In this document: piece by piece, positions 19,036 through 27,883 of the stretch | Numbering within the stretch: position 1 is the first letter of the stretch | Layout: each line of letters begins with the position of its first letter | Assembly: GCA_965247095.1 (NCBI GenBank) | Contig: OZ251997.1 | Location: 2,944,001-3,008,000, forward strand | Source: Candidatus Multivorans sp. | Lineage (GTDB): Bacteria > Acidobacteriota > Thermoanaerobaculia > Multivoradales > Multivoraceae | DNA length: 64,000 nt | Direction: 5' to 3' | Position numbers and translations under genes: made by a program | Notes under the pieces: model-generated | The model's database searches: none | Seen by the model: only the letters and a program-made list of their open reading frames with translations | What the model was told of the DNA's origin: nothing

Positions 19036-19896
19036 ATGATCGATAGCTTGAGCTACACTGCTCCCGCTCAACCCGAGCTCGGACCTTGTCAATCGTCAAT
19101 GGCTGTCTCGTTGGTCATTCCCGCTTACGACGAGGAAGAGTCCATCGTCAAGGCCGTCCACGAGGCCTTGGCTGCGCTGTCACGTTTGGCGGACCAGTTC
19201 GAGGTCCTGCTGGTCGACGACGGAAGTCGGGACGCGACTGCCTCGCGGGTGACGGAAGAGTTCGGCGGTCTCGACTCCGTACGCTTGCTGCGTCATCGAC
19301 GCAACAGCGGCTACGGAGCGGCGCTTCGCACAGGGTTCTCCGCAGCCCGCTTCCCACTCTTCGCCTTTACCGACGCAGATCGGCAGTTTCACCTGGATGA
19401 CCTGGGCCTGCTGCTCGGGGCCCTCGGCGGCCGCGATGCCGCCTGTGGCTACCGCTTGAACCGCAAGGACGACTGGCTCCGACTGCTGTACTCGAAGATC
19501 TACAACCAGCTCGTTCGCGGCCTCCTGGGGCTGGATGTCCGCGATTGCGACTGTGCCCTCAAGGTGTTCAGGCGCTCGGCTCTCGAGGGCATCCCGATTC
19601 GAACCAACGGGTTCGTCTTCAACGCCGAGCTCCTGGCCAGGCTGTCGAACCGGGGCGCCTCGATCGTCGAGGTCGGCGTTCGGCACCGCCCTCGACGCGA
19701 TGGTCAGAGCACCGTGTCGCCGCTACATGCTCTACCGGTTGTTGCCGAGCTCCTGAGATTCTGGTGGTCGGATCATCTGTTTCCCCAAGGCGGCCCGCGG
19801 CGCTCGCGCGCCTCTACGGCGCCGGAGTCGGCGCTTCCCGCGCACGAGAACAGCGTCAGTTCAGAGGAGATCGGCTCGTCGCGGCAGGCGAGCTGA
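19036..19896 (+). CDS. GT2 polyprenyl-phosphate glycosyltransferase (ArnC/DPM1-like)
   Basis: SLVIPAYDEE, VDDGSRD, GYGAALRTG, FTDADRQF, DCDCALKVF; 3' end overlaps ArnT copy 2. Confidence 0.9.
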   Translation: MIDSLSYTAPAQPELGPCQSSMAVSLVIPAYDEEESIVKAVHEALAALSRLADQFEVLLVDDGSRDATASRVTEEFGGLDSVRLLRHRRNSGYGAALRTGFSAARFPLFAFTDADRQFHLDDLGLLLGALGGRDAACGYRLNRKDDWLRLLYSKIYNQLVRGLLGLDVRDCDCALKVFRRSALEGIPIRTNGFVFNAELLARLSNRGASIVEVGVRHRPRRDGQSTVSPLHALPVVAELLRFWWSDHLFPQGGPRRSRASTAPESALPAHENSVSSEEIGSSRQAS

Positions 19897-21317
19897 GCCG
19901 AAGCGAAGAAGCTCACAGCCACTTGCTTGTGCTTGATGTCGACCAGAAAGCGGGCTCGGCCCTCGCATCGATGCAGCAGCCCACGCAGGTCGTCTGCCAG
20001 AGCGCGAGGCGCTTCAAAGTAAGGGTATGGCTCCGGCCAGAGCGTGTGCCAAGTGGATCGCGGGTAGCCGTACAGGCTCAGGCCGTGAACCTTCGTTCCA
20101 AGCACGTCGATGCACTCATTCGCCGTCACGCCGGTGCGATGCAGCGACTGCGCGAGTGCACGGGTATCCCGCTTGTTGGGAACGTAGGCAATCACACCTT
20201 TTACGACGGCCAGGACCATGGTCGCGATCAACACCCGGGCGCCCCACCGAATGTGCGCTCTTGAGCGTGCCTGCGAGATGGTGAGCATGACGAGATAGGG
20301 CACTACCGGAAGGATGTAGAGGGGTAGCTTCGACTTCGCCACGCTGAAGACCACCAAGGGCAGAACGGTAGACAACACCAGGTAGCGATGCAAAGGGTCG
20401 CGCCACAGGCTGCTGAGTTGTTGCCGTCCCGCCTTCGATCGCCACAGCCCTAGCCAGGTCAAGCACCACGGGAGGCTGCCGAAGACCAGAACCGGGCCGT
20501 AGACAGTGAGGCCTGCCCACCAGTGAGGGTTGCGACCGTAGCTGTCCTTCCACAGCCGACCGGCCACCTGATTGTCGAAGAAGTAGGCTGCGGCGCCCTG
20601 GACATCTCTCGACATGCCGGCGTACCAGGAGAGACCGATCGTCGTGCCGATCAGCGCCGCCGCCCACAGCTCCGGCCGCGACAGGAACCGGCGAAGTCCC
20701 GGCTGCCAGAACCCGTAGGCGACCATCGGAGCCACGAGCACCAAGGCGGCGGCGCCCTTGCTGAGTAACGCAAGACCAATCGAGAAACCCAGCAGAAGGG
20801 CCCAGCGCCATCGCTCGGCCGAGCGCTGAGACTCGTGCCACCTCCAGTACGACCAGGAGACTGCGGTGGTCCAAAGGACCAGAAGCGTGTCGGGAGTCAG
20901 CGCATTCGCCGCGACGCCAGGAAGGATAGTTGTCACATACGCAGCGCCCGCGAGTCTGCCGACCCGTTTCCCCCAGGCTGCACCGGACCAGGCCGCCACC
21001 AGGAAGGCAGTGGCCGTGAGAGCCAGCGACTGCCCGATTCGAGCGCCCAACTCATTGACGCCGAGGAGCTTGAATCCTGCCGCGATGGTCCAGTAGATGG
21101 CCGGCGGCTTGTCGAGATAGACGAGGTCTTGCAGGCGGGGCACGAGCCAGTCGCCGGTACGAAACATGGCGAGAGCCACGTCGGCATAGCGCCCGTCGTC
21201 GGCTTCGAAGAGTCCCCGTGAGCCCTGAAACGCGAGGGAGATCCCGAAAATGACGAGCCCGTAGAGCAGGAGGTCGAGTCGAGCGCGCGGTTCGTGTCCG
21301 GGCCCCGGAGTGCTCAC
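19773..21317 (-). CDS. ArnT/PMT-like GT-C glycosyltransferase, copy 2
   Basis: Co-linear paralog of copy 1; FEADDGRY, YLDKPP, SKLPLYILP. Confidence 0.88.
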   Translation of the reverse strand: MSTPGPGHEPRARLDLLLYGLVIFGISLAFQGSRGLFEADDGRYADVALAMFRTGDWLVPRLQDLVYLDKPPAIYWTIAAGFKLLGVNELGARIGQSLALTATAFLVAAWSGAAWGKRVGRLAGAAYVTTILPGVAANALTPDTLLVLWTTAVSWSYWRWHESQRSAERWRWALLLGFSIGLALLSKGAAALVLVAPMVAYGFWQPGLRRFLSRPELWAAALIGTTIGLSWYAGMSRDVQGAAAYFFDNQVAGRLWKDSYGRNPHWWAGLTVYGPVLVFGSLPWCLTWLGLWRSKAGRQQLSSLWRDPLHRYLVLSTVLPLVVFSVAKSKLPLYILPVVPYLVMLTISQARSRAHIRWGARVLIATMVLAVVKGVIAYVPNKRDTRALAQSLHRTGVTANECIDVLGTKVHGLSLYGYPRSTWHTLWPEPYPYFEAPRALADDLRGLLHRCEGRARFLVDIKHKQVAVSFFASAQLACRDEPISSELTLFSCAGSADSGAVEARERRGPPWGNR

Positions 21318-21408
21318 GGAGCGCCACCATGCTCGGCACCCCGGGTACGATCGCAGCAGTGGCGCAATCCGTGCGCGAAACTACGGACCCGATCTTCCAA
21401 TGACGACG

Positions 21409-22878
21409 TCAGCGCAGTTTGGACAGTGTGATCTGGACCAGACTATCGGCCTGGAGGCGAGTCTCGATCTCGAATCCGAGAAGATCGGAGAAAGCCTGCA
21501 CGATGGCGAGCCCCAAGCCGACATTGCGGTCGCCGGCGCGCGCCGAATCCTTGCGCCAGAAGCGATCGAACATGACCGCCAGGTCGTCGTGATCGAGGCC
21601 GGCTGCGTAGTTCGAAACGGTCAGGGACAAGCGTCGGTCGGATTCGTCGAGACGGACAGCAACTGCCGTTCCCGGCCGGCTATGGTCGACGGCGTTCGAG
21701 AGCAGGTTCGAGAGCACTAGTCGGAACATCTCTCGATCGGTTTCGATAACCGCGCCGGGCTGAACCCTGTTTTCGAACGTCAGCCCCTTCTCTTGAGCCC
21801 GTTCTTCGAGAGGTCTCCAACTCTCGGAAACGATGTTCGAGACAACGACCCGGCCTGCGCGCACCTTCTCGCCTCCCTCATCGTAGCGGGCCAATGCCAG
21901 AAGCTGGACCACGATGCTCTCCATCTGAAGACCGATTGCCAGGGCGTTGTCGAAGAACCTCCGCGTCGCTGCCGAGTCCTCCGGCCACCGGGATCCAACC
22001 TCGCACAAGTTCTGGAGTTCGGCAATCGGCGTCTTCAGCTCGTGGGCAATATCGCTCGTTAGCTGTCGCTCACGGTCAAAGGCGTTCTCTAGACGCGTCA
22101 AGAGTTGGTTGAGTTGCTCCACAACAGGTGCAAGCTCTCGCGACGGCAACGCCAAGTTCACCCGCCGGTCGAGCGACTTCGCGTCGAGGTCTTGAACCTG
22201 ACCAGCCAGGTCGTCGAGCGGACGCAGCCCAACCTTCAAGGAACCCACGATGAGCGCCGCGACTGTAGAGAGAAGCAGTCCCGTGAAGCCAACGAGAGAC
22301 CAACGGATCCGGGAGGTCTGCCCGTCGAGAGTTCCACGCTCACGGGCCACGAGAACGGTCGCCGTGTGCCGCTCTCTTCCCAGGTTCCCCTCGGTGGAGT
22401 CGAGGATGGGCTCGTCGTCGGGAGGTAGTTCTTCATCGGATTCGTCATCGATCTGTGGAACAAAGTCGATCCGGACCAGACGACCCCGTCTTCCGTCGGG
22501 TAGGCGTGTATCGGCGAACCGCGTGGGTACGGCCCGCTCGGGATCTCGGAGCAGGGAAGTACCGGATTGTTCTTCATCGATGTCGAACGAGGCCGATCGT
22601 GCCAGGAGCGTCTCGCCATCGAGCCACAGTTCGAAGTAGTAGGGGTCCGTACGGGACTTGAACTCGGGCATGAACTCGTCTGCGAACTCGAACTCGACCT
22701 CGCCCTGATCCTCCTCCGTCAGGGTCGCGAGGGCCCGCGCCTTCGACTCGAGGGCGCGGTCGAACTCCCGCTCCAGCCAACGCCCGACTGTGACTTCGAG
22801 GACAAGTCCCGCGGAAAGGATGAGCGAGCCGACGCCGCCGAGGAGCCAGACCGCTAGATGAGTGCGAATCGAGCGCAC
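21409..22878 (-). CDS. Sensor histidine kinase (2 TM, HAMP, HisKA, HATPase)
   Basis: DIAHELKTP, NLLSNA, FDRFWR, GLGLAIV; acidic extracytoplasmic domain. Confidence 0.93.
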   Translation of the reverse strand: MRSIRTHLAVWLLGGVGSLILSAGLVLEVTVGRWLEREFDRALESKARALATLTEEDQGEVEFEFADEFMPEFKSRTDPYYFELWLDGETLLARSASFDIDEEQSGTSLLRDPERAVPTRFADTRLPDGRRGRLVRIDFVPQIDDESDEELPPDDEPILDSTEGNLGRERHTATVLVARERGTLDGQTSRIRWSLVGFTGLLLSTVAALIVGSLKVGLRPLDDLAGQVQDLDAKSLDRRVNLALPSRELAPVVEQLNQLLTRLENAFDRERQLTSDIAHELKTPIAELQNLCEVGSRWPEDSAATRRFFDNALAIGLQMESIVVQLLALARYDEGGEKVRAGRVVVSNIVSESWRPLEERAQEKGLTFENRVQPGAVIETDREMFRLVLSNLLSNAVDHSRPGTAVAVRLDESDRRLSLTVSNYAAGLDHDDLAVMFDRFWRKDSARAGDRNVGLGLAIVQAFSDLLGFEIETRLQADSLVQITLSKLR

Positions 22879-23564
22879 TACGCCATGGCTCCTCGTTCGG
22901 TCTCGATCACATAGCCGAATCCACGCCGGGTCTCGATGATCGACGGTTCGTCGCCGCGACGGATCTTCCTTCTCAGGCTGGAGACGAGAACCTCGACTGC
23001 GTTGTGCGATACATCCTTGTCGCTGTGGTAGAGATGTTCGAGTAGCTGATCGCAGGAGAACACTCGGCCGCGCCGATACGCAAGAAGCTCGAGCAGCGCG
23101 TACTCACTGGGCGTCAGGGGAATGGACTCGCCTTCGCGACGAACGCGCCGGCCGGCTGTATCGATCTCCAGAGGGCCGACGCGAAGTCTTGGATTCTTGG
23201 CCCGGTAGCGTCTCCGCACCAGGGCCTGGAGGCGCGCACAGAGCTCGTCGAACGAGAAGGGCTTGACGAGATAGTCGTCCGCTCCCATCTCCAAGCCGGT
23301 GACGCGATCTTCCACCCTGTCCTTGGCGGACAGGATCAGGATGTGGGTGTCCTGGCCGCCCTTTCGAAGACGGCACAGGACTTCCAGTCCTGACAGGAAG
23401 GGAAGCATCAGGTCGAGCACGATCGCGTCGTAGGCGTACGTCTCGGCGAAGGCAACGCCCGTCTTGCCGTCGGTCGCCAGGTCGACGGCGTAGCCGGCCT
23501 TCGTGAGGCCGCGACCCAGGGAATAGAGGAGCCTCTCAGAGTCCTCAATTATCAGAACCTTCAT
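22878..23564 (-). CDS. OmpR-family response regulator
   Basis: MKVLIIED, LDLMLP, GADDYLVKPF, LTPSEY, IETRRGFGY. Confidence 0.95.
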   Translation of the reverse strand: MKVLIIEDSERLLYSLGRGLTKAGYAVDLATDGKTGVAFAETYAYDAIVLDLMLPFLSGLEVLCRLRKGGQDTHILILSAKDRVEDRVTGLEMGADDYLVKPFSFDELCARLQALVRRRYRAKNPRLRVGPLEIDTAGRRVRREGESIPLTPSEYALLELLAYRRGRVFSCDQLLEHLYHSDKDVSHNAVEVLVSSLRRKIRRGDEPSIIETRRGFGYVIETERGAMA

Positions 23565-23622
23565 GACTGCGCCCCTACCTGGTCGAGAGTAGCCCAGCAA
23601 AGGTGGACTTCACGCTCTCTCG

Positions 23623-23654
23623 ACTGTGCCGCATCAACCTGAGTGAAGGCTGAG
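23623..23654 (-). promoter_or_regulatory. Putative autoregulatory box plus -10 element of the response regulator
   Basis: Minus strand: ctcag-ccttca-ctcag, 10 nt, cacagt. Confidence 0.6.
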
Positions 23655-23680
23655 GACTGGTGTCGGAGTCAGAGTTCGAC

Positions 23681-23798
23681 CAGCGCAATCCGACCGAGCT
23701 ACTGCTGTTCGATGTCCCGTTCCTGGTCAACATGGGGTTCTACAGCCAGGCCGTGGTCCTGATCGTCTACCTGCGACCGGCGTAGCAACGCCAGCACC
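23681..23798 (+). repeat. Right copy of the 118-bp direct repeat
   Basis: Copy of 17141-17258 at an offset of 6540 bp. Confidence 0.92.
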
Positions 23799-24748
23799 CA
23801 GGGCAGCGCCAGCAGGCCAACGAGGACCGCGAACCAGAGAGTCGCGGCGCGGACGATGACGGTCGAGGCCATGGCAGCGTCGAGAGCGACCCCCTGACGC
23901 TCCAGCAGGAGGACCAGCGAGCCCTCGGCGGCCAGCAGGCCTCCGGGGAGCATGGAGAGGGCGCCGGCCACGGTGGAAGCCGCGTAGTCGAACACCGAGG
24001 CGAGCATCGGGACGGCCGGTTCGTAGTGCCGGACCACCAGCGCGCAACCGACTCCCTCGGCCGCCCAGGCAGTGGTGGAGAGCGCCAGTCCGGCGAGCAG
24101 CGTCCGTGGCTCGACGAGCCGGTTGAACGCTTGGTGGATGTCGATCAGCACGGCCGCGCGTCCGGCGCCCAGCCGGGTCTTCGCCAGCATCGGCATGAGG
24201 CGGTCGACAAGTGGCCGGTAAATCACCGCGACCACGGCGGCGGCCGCGACGAGAACGATCGCTGCTGTGAACGAACGTTGACCGGTGAAGACCAGTACCG
24301 ACGACGACAGGAGCAGCAGGACGGCGAGCACGTCCAGCAGCCGTTCGGTGACCACCACGGCGACGACGGGGCGAGCCCGGCCGCCGCCGAACTGATGGAC
24401 CAGCCACGCCTTCGCCAGGTCCCCGGCCTTTCCCGGCGTGAGCGCCAGCAGGAAGCCGGTCAGGAAGATCGCCAGGCTGCGACCCAGCGGGAGACGGACC
24501 TCGAGCCGGCGGAGGTAGTAGTGCCAGCGCAGGAAGCGCAGACCGTAGTTGACGGCGGACAGCAGCAGCACCAGGGTCAGTACGCCGACGTCGAAGTCTC
24601 CGATGAGATCGCGGATCTGGTCGAAGTCGCCCACGAATCCGAGCACCGCGAAGGTCACGGCGCCGAGCAGGAGGAGGACGAGGAGACCCCTCCCGATGCT
24701 GCGGAACGGGTGGGTCGGGTCGGCGGCGCGGTAGCGGGGGAGCGGCAC
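23699..24748 (-). CDS. Flippase-like membrane protein (LPG synthase TM / UPF0104 family)
   Basis: NYGLRFLRW, TPGKAGD, ERLLD, LPGGLLAAEG, R..TLWF. Start uncertain. Confidence 0.82.
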   Translation of the reverse strand: MPLPRYRAADPTHPFRSIGRGLLVLLLLGAVTFAVLGFVGDFDQIRDLIGDFDVGVLTLVLLLSAVNYGLRFLRWHYYLRRLEVRLPLGRSLAIFLTGFLLALTPGKAGDLAKAWLVHQFGGGRARPVVAVVVTERLLDVLAVLLLLSSSVLVFTGQRSFTAAIVLVAAAAVVAVIYRPLVDRLMPMLAKTRLGAGRAAVLIDIHQAFNRLVEPRTLLAGLALSTTAWAAEGVGCALVVRHYEPAVPMLASVFDYAASTVAGALSMLPGGLLAAEGSLVLLLERQGVALDAAMASTVIVRAATLWFAVLVGLLALPWVLALLRRSQVDDQDHGLAVEPHVDQERDIEQQ

Positions 24749-24838
24749 GGGAGGCGGTACCGGGGCGGCATGGACGGTAGCAGCTTCACAGCCGTACAGC
24801 TCTACGGGCCGCGGTGGGCGCGGTCCGGCACGGCGCCA

Positions 24839-24907
24839 TGCCATCCGTGCGCCCGATGACGGTCGCACGGACTGGGTCGCTTGTGGCGCGAAACGCGCCA
24901 CAAGGGT
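24839..24907. repeat. Internal modules of the palindromic repeat family
   Basis: tgccatccgtgcgcccgatgacggtcgcacggactgg...gtggcgcgaaacgcgcca matches the middle of 47908-48073. Confidence 0.8.
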
Positions 24908-24926
24908 TGCTAAGCTGATCCCATTG

Positions 24927-26423
24927 ATGTCGAGCAGCGCGAAACTGCACGCGCGGCGCCCCGTGGCGTTCAGGATCGCGCTCTATGGAGCACTGCTCGT
25001 CGTGGCGGTCGTTGGCGCCGTGTTCCTGCCGCGTACGCCGGCGCCGGTCTTCGACACGGCTTGGTCCGGGGTCGACTACGAGGCGAACGAGGATGTCCGG
25101 CGGCTGCAGGCCCTGGTCCGGATCGACACGACGCCCGAGGGGGGCCGGGAGATCGACGCCGCTCGCTACCTGGCGGGGATCCTGGAGGACGCCGGCCTGC
25201 CGGTCGAGATCGAAGAGCATCCGGGCGCGAAGGCGAACCTGTGGGCGATCCTCGAGGGGGCAACCGAGGAGGCGCTGGTCCTCCACAACCACCTCGATGT
25301 CGATCCGATACGCCGTCCCGAGGAGTGGGTCGTGCCGCCTTTCGAGGGCCGGATCGATCCGCCCTGGATCATCGGGCGGGGCGTCTTCGACATGAAGAGC
25401 GTCACCGTCGCCCAGCTCGCCGCGGTGCTGGCGGCGAAGGAGCGGATGGACGAGACCGGCCTGCGTCCAAAGTACTCGCTGATCTTTCTCGCGACCAGCA
25501 GCGAGGAAACCGGCAGCGATCTGGGTACCCGCCACATCCTCGCCACCCGGCCGGAGCTGACCCGCCGGTTTTGGGCCGTGCTCACGGAGGGCGGGGTGCT
25601 GGAGGCGCCCTGGCCCGGTGAGGTCAAGTACTGGGGCACGTCATTCGCTCAGAAGCAGTTCCTGGAGGTAACCGCGACCAGTGCGTCGGCGGAACGGCTG
25701 GAGCGGCTCCGCGCGGCTTTGCTCGAGGCGCTGCGCACGGCGCCGCCGACCGCCCTGGTGCCGGAGGCGAAGGCGTTCGCCGCCGCCTACGGACCGTCGC
25801 GTCATCATCCGGACTACCGTGCCGCCCTGGCCGAGCCCGAGCGTGTGCTGAGCGAGCCCGAGTTGTTCGAGCGCCTGCCGGATCTGCTCAAGGCGTTGTT
25901 CCGCAACGAGGCGCACCCGTTCGCGGTCGAAGTGTCTTCCGCGGGCGGCTACCGGTTGCGGATCGTGCTCCACGTGCTGCCCGGTCTCGACGCCGACGTA
26001 GCGGCGGCCGAACTGCTGCCCGGCCGGCGCCTGGACGGCATCGACATCCGGATTCACGAGCGCCGCGGGGCGGTACGCGGAAGTCCCCTCGACCACCCCG
26101 CGTACGTGCGGTTGATCGATTCGCTGCTTGGGCGGACCGGCGTCGAGCCGGGCCGGGTCGGTCCCTACCTGCTGACCCGGTATGCCAACGACGCCCGGTT
26201 CTTCCGTCGGCACGGCATTGCCGCCTACGGGTTCACTCCATTCCTGCTTCTCTCCGTCGACACGATGACCGTGGCGGGTCCGAACGAGAAGATCGCCTTG
26301 CCAGCCTTCGTCGAGGGCGTTGAGTTGTATCGCCAGGTTGTGCTCGACCTGCTCGATGCTGCGCCATGGCCGGACAGTTCCGCCGCTGCGGCCGCGAACT
26401 CCTTTCGGGAGGCTGCCCGGTGA
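24927..26423 (+). CDS. M20 family metallopeptidase/amidohydrolase with N-terminal membrane anchor
   Basis: HNHLDVDP, GRGVFDMK, SSEETG, TEGG, NDARFF. Confidence 0.85.
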   Translation: MSSSAKLHARRPVAFRIALYGALLVVAVVGAVFLPRTPAPVFDTAWSGVDYEANEDVRRLQALVRIDTTPEGGREIDAARYLAGILEDAGLPVEIEEHPGAKANLWAILEGATEEALVLHNHLDVDPIRRPEEWVVPPFEGRIDPPWIIGRGVFDMKSVTVAQLAAVLAAKERMDETGLRPKYSLIFLATSSEETGSDLGTRHILATRPELTRRFWAVLTEGGVLEAPWPGEVKYWGTSFAQKQFLEVTATSASAERLERLRAALLEALRTAPPTALVPEAKAFAAAYGPSRHHPDYRAALAEPERVLSEPELFERLPDLLKALFRNEAHPFAVEVSSAGGYRLRIVLHVLPGLDADVAAAELLPGRRLDGIDIRIHERRGAVRGSPLDHPAYVRLIDSLLGRTGVEPGRVGPYLLTRYANDARFFRRHGIAAYGFTPFLLLSVDTMTVAGPNEKIALPAFVEGVELYRQVVLDLLDAAPWPDSSAAAAANSFREAAR

Positions 26424-27883
26424 TGGTGGGGAGCGTACGGCGAGGGTTGCGGTCCGGCCTGGCGGCAGCCGCGCTGTTCGCGGCGGCGCCGGTGCTGGCC
26501 GGCACCGGCCCCGTCGCCTGGCTTCAGCAGTACCTTTCCTTCGATACGAGCAATCCGCCCGGCGGCGAGCGTCCGGCCGCCCTGTACCTGGCTTCGCTGA
26601 TCGAAGAGGGCGATCCCGGCGGAGAGATCGAGGTCCGGGTTCTCCTGAGCCCCGACGGACGCGCAAACCTGTACGCGCGATTGCCGGCGAACGCGGTGGA
26701 AGCGACTGGCGGCAGCCTAGTTCTGCTGCACCACCTCGATGTCGTGCCGGCGGGCGAGGGTTGGAACCGACCGCCGTTCGGCGGTGAGCTGCACCGCGGG
26801 CGGATCTGGGGCCGCGGCGCGCTGGATGCGAAGAGCCTCGGCGTTGCTCATCTGAACGCCATGCTCGATCTCCTCGAGAGCGATCGTCCCCGGCGCCGGG
26901 ATCTGGTCCTTGTGGCCAGCGCCGACGAGGAAGCGGGCGGCGAAGACGGCGTCGGCTGGCTGCTGGAAGAGCACCCGGAACTGTTCGGCGACGCCGAGGC
27001 GGTGCTGAACGAGGCGGGCGTCAACCGGATGGCCGGCGCCCGGCTGCTGTGGTGGGGAATCGAGACGGCGCAGAAACAGGTGCTCTGGCTGCGGGTCACT
27101 GCCGCCGGCAGGGGCGGCCACGGCTCGGGATTCAACCCCGCGAGCCCCACTCATCGGCTGCTGCGGGCCCTGAACCGGGTCCTGGACCTGGAGCATCCCT
27201 GGCGGGTTACCGCCGCGTCCCACCAGGCGTACCGTGCGCTGGCCGGGTTCCGTCCGGGCGAGTTCGCCGAGGTCTTCGATCAGCCGATCGAGGTCGTTCA
27301 GGCCGAACTCGACCGCCGGGTCCGGGACGGCGGGTTGGACCGGATTCTCCTGCCGGGCATGTCGGCGAGCTTCCGCGACACGGTTCAGATCACCCGGATC
27401 GACAACGGCGCCGGGCCGGTGAACGTGGCGCCCGGTGCGGCGGGCGCGCTGATCGACGCGCGCCTGCTGCCGGACACCGATGTCGAGGGGTTCCGCCGCC
27501 GGGTGGAGACGGTGCTTGGCAGCGGCATCCATGTCGAGGAGCTGCTGCGCTCCGGCGGCAGTCCGGTGTCGAGTACGAGCAGCGACGTCTACCGGACGTT
27601 GGAGCGGGTTCTCGGCGTGCGCGCCCCGGTGGCGCCGACGATGATTGCCGGCGCCACCGACTCCCGCTTCTTCCGCCGCCGCGGCGTGGACGCCTACGGC
27701 TTCTCGCCCTTCACGCTCTCCGCCGACGATGCGGGCGGCATCCACGGCGCCGACGAGCGGATACCGGTCGAGGGCTTCCTCCGCGGCTGCGAGATGATGA
27801 AGCGGGTCGTCGCCGCCCTCGTCCTTGCGGAGGACGACTCCGCGCCGCCTGCCGCCGGCGGCGCCGGCCGCAGGAAGCCATGA
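26423..27883 (+). CDS. M20 family metallopeptidase/amidohydrolase, secreted
   Basis: Signal peptide, HHLDVVP, GRGALDAK, ADEEAGG, NEAG, TDSRFF, IHGADE. Confidence 0.88.
   Translation: MVGSVRRGLRSGLAAAALFAAAPVLAGTGPVAWLQQYLSFDTSNPPGGERPAALYLASLIEEGDPGGEIEVRVLLSPDGRANLYARLPANAVEATGGSLVLLHHLDVVPAGEGWNRPPFGGELHRGRIWGRGALDAKSLGVAHLNAMLDLLESDRPRRRDLVLVASADEEAGGEDGVGWLLEEHPELFGDAEAVLNEAGVNRMAGARLLWWGIETAQKQVLWLRVTAAGRGGHGSGFNPASPTHRLLRALNRVLDLEHPWRVTAASHQAYRALAGFRPGEFAEVFDQPIEVVQAELDRRVRDGGLDRILLPGMSASFRDTVQITRIDNGAGPVNVAPGAAGALIDARLLPDTDVEGFRRRVETVLGSGIHVEELLRSGGSPVSSTSSDVYRTLERVLGVRAPVAPTMIAGATDSRFFRRRGVDAYGFSPFTLSADDAGGIHGADERIPVEGFLRGCEMMKRVVAALVLAEDDSAPPAAGGAGRRKP

Noticed and set aside
17259-23680. 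Islet as a prophage, IS or integron
   Set aside because: No integrase, transposase, phage gene or attC-like site recognised.
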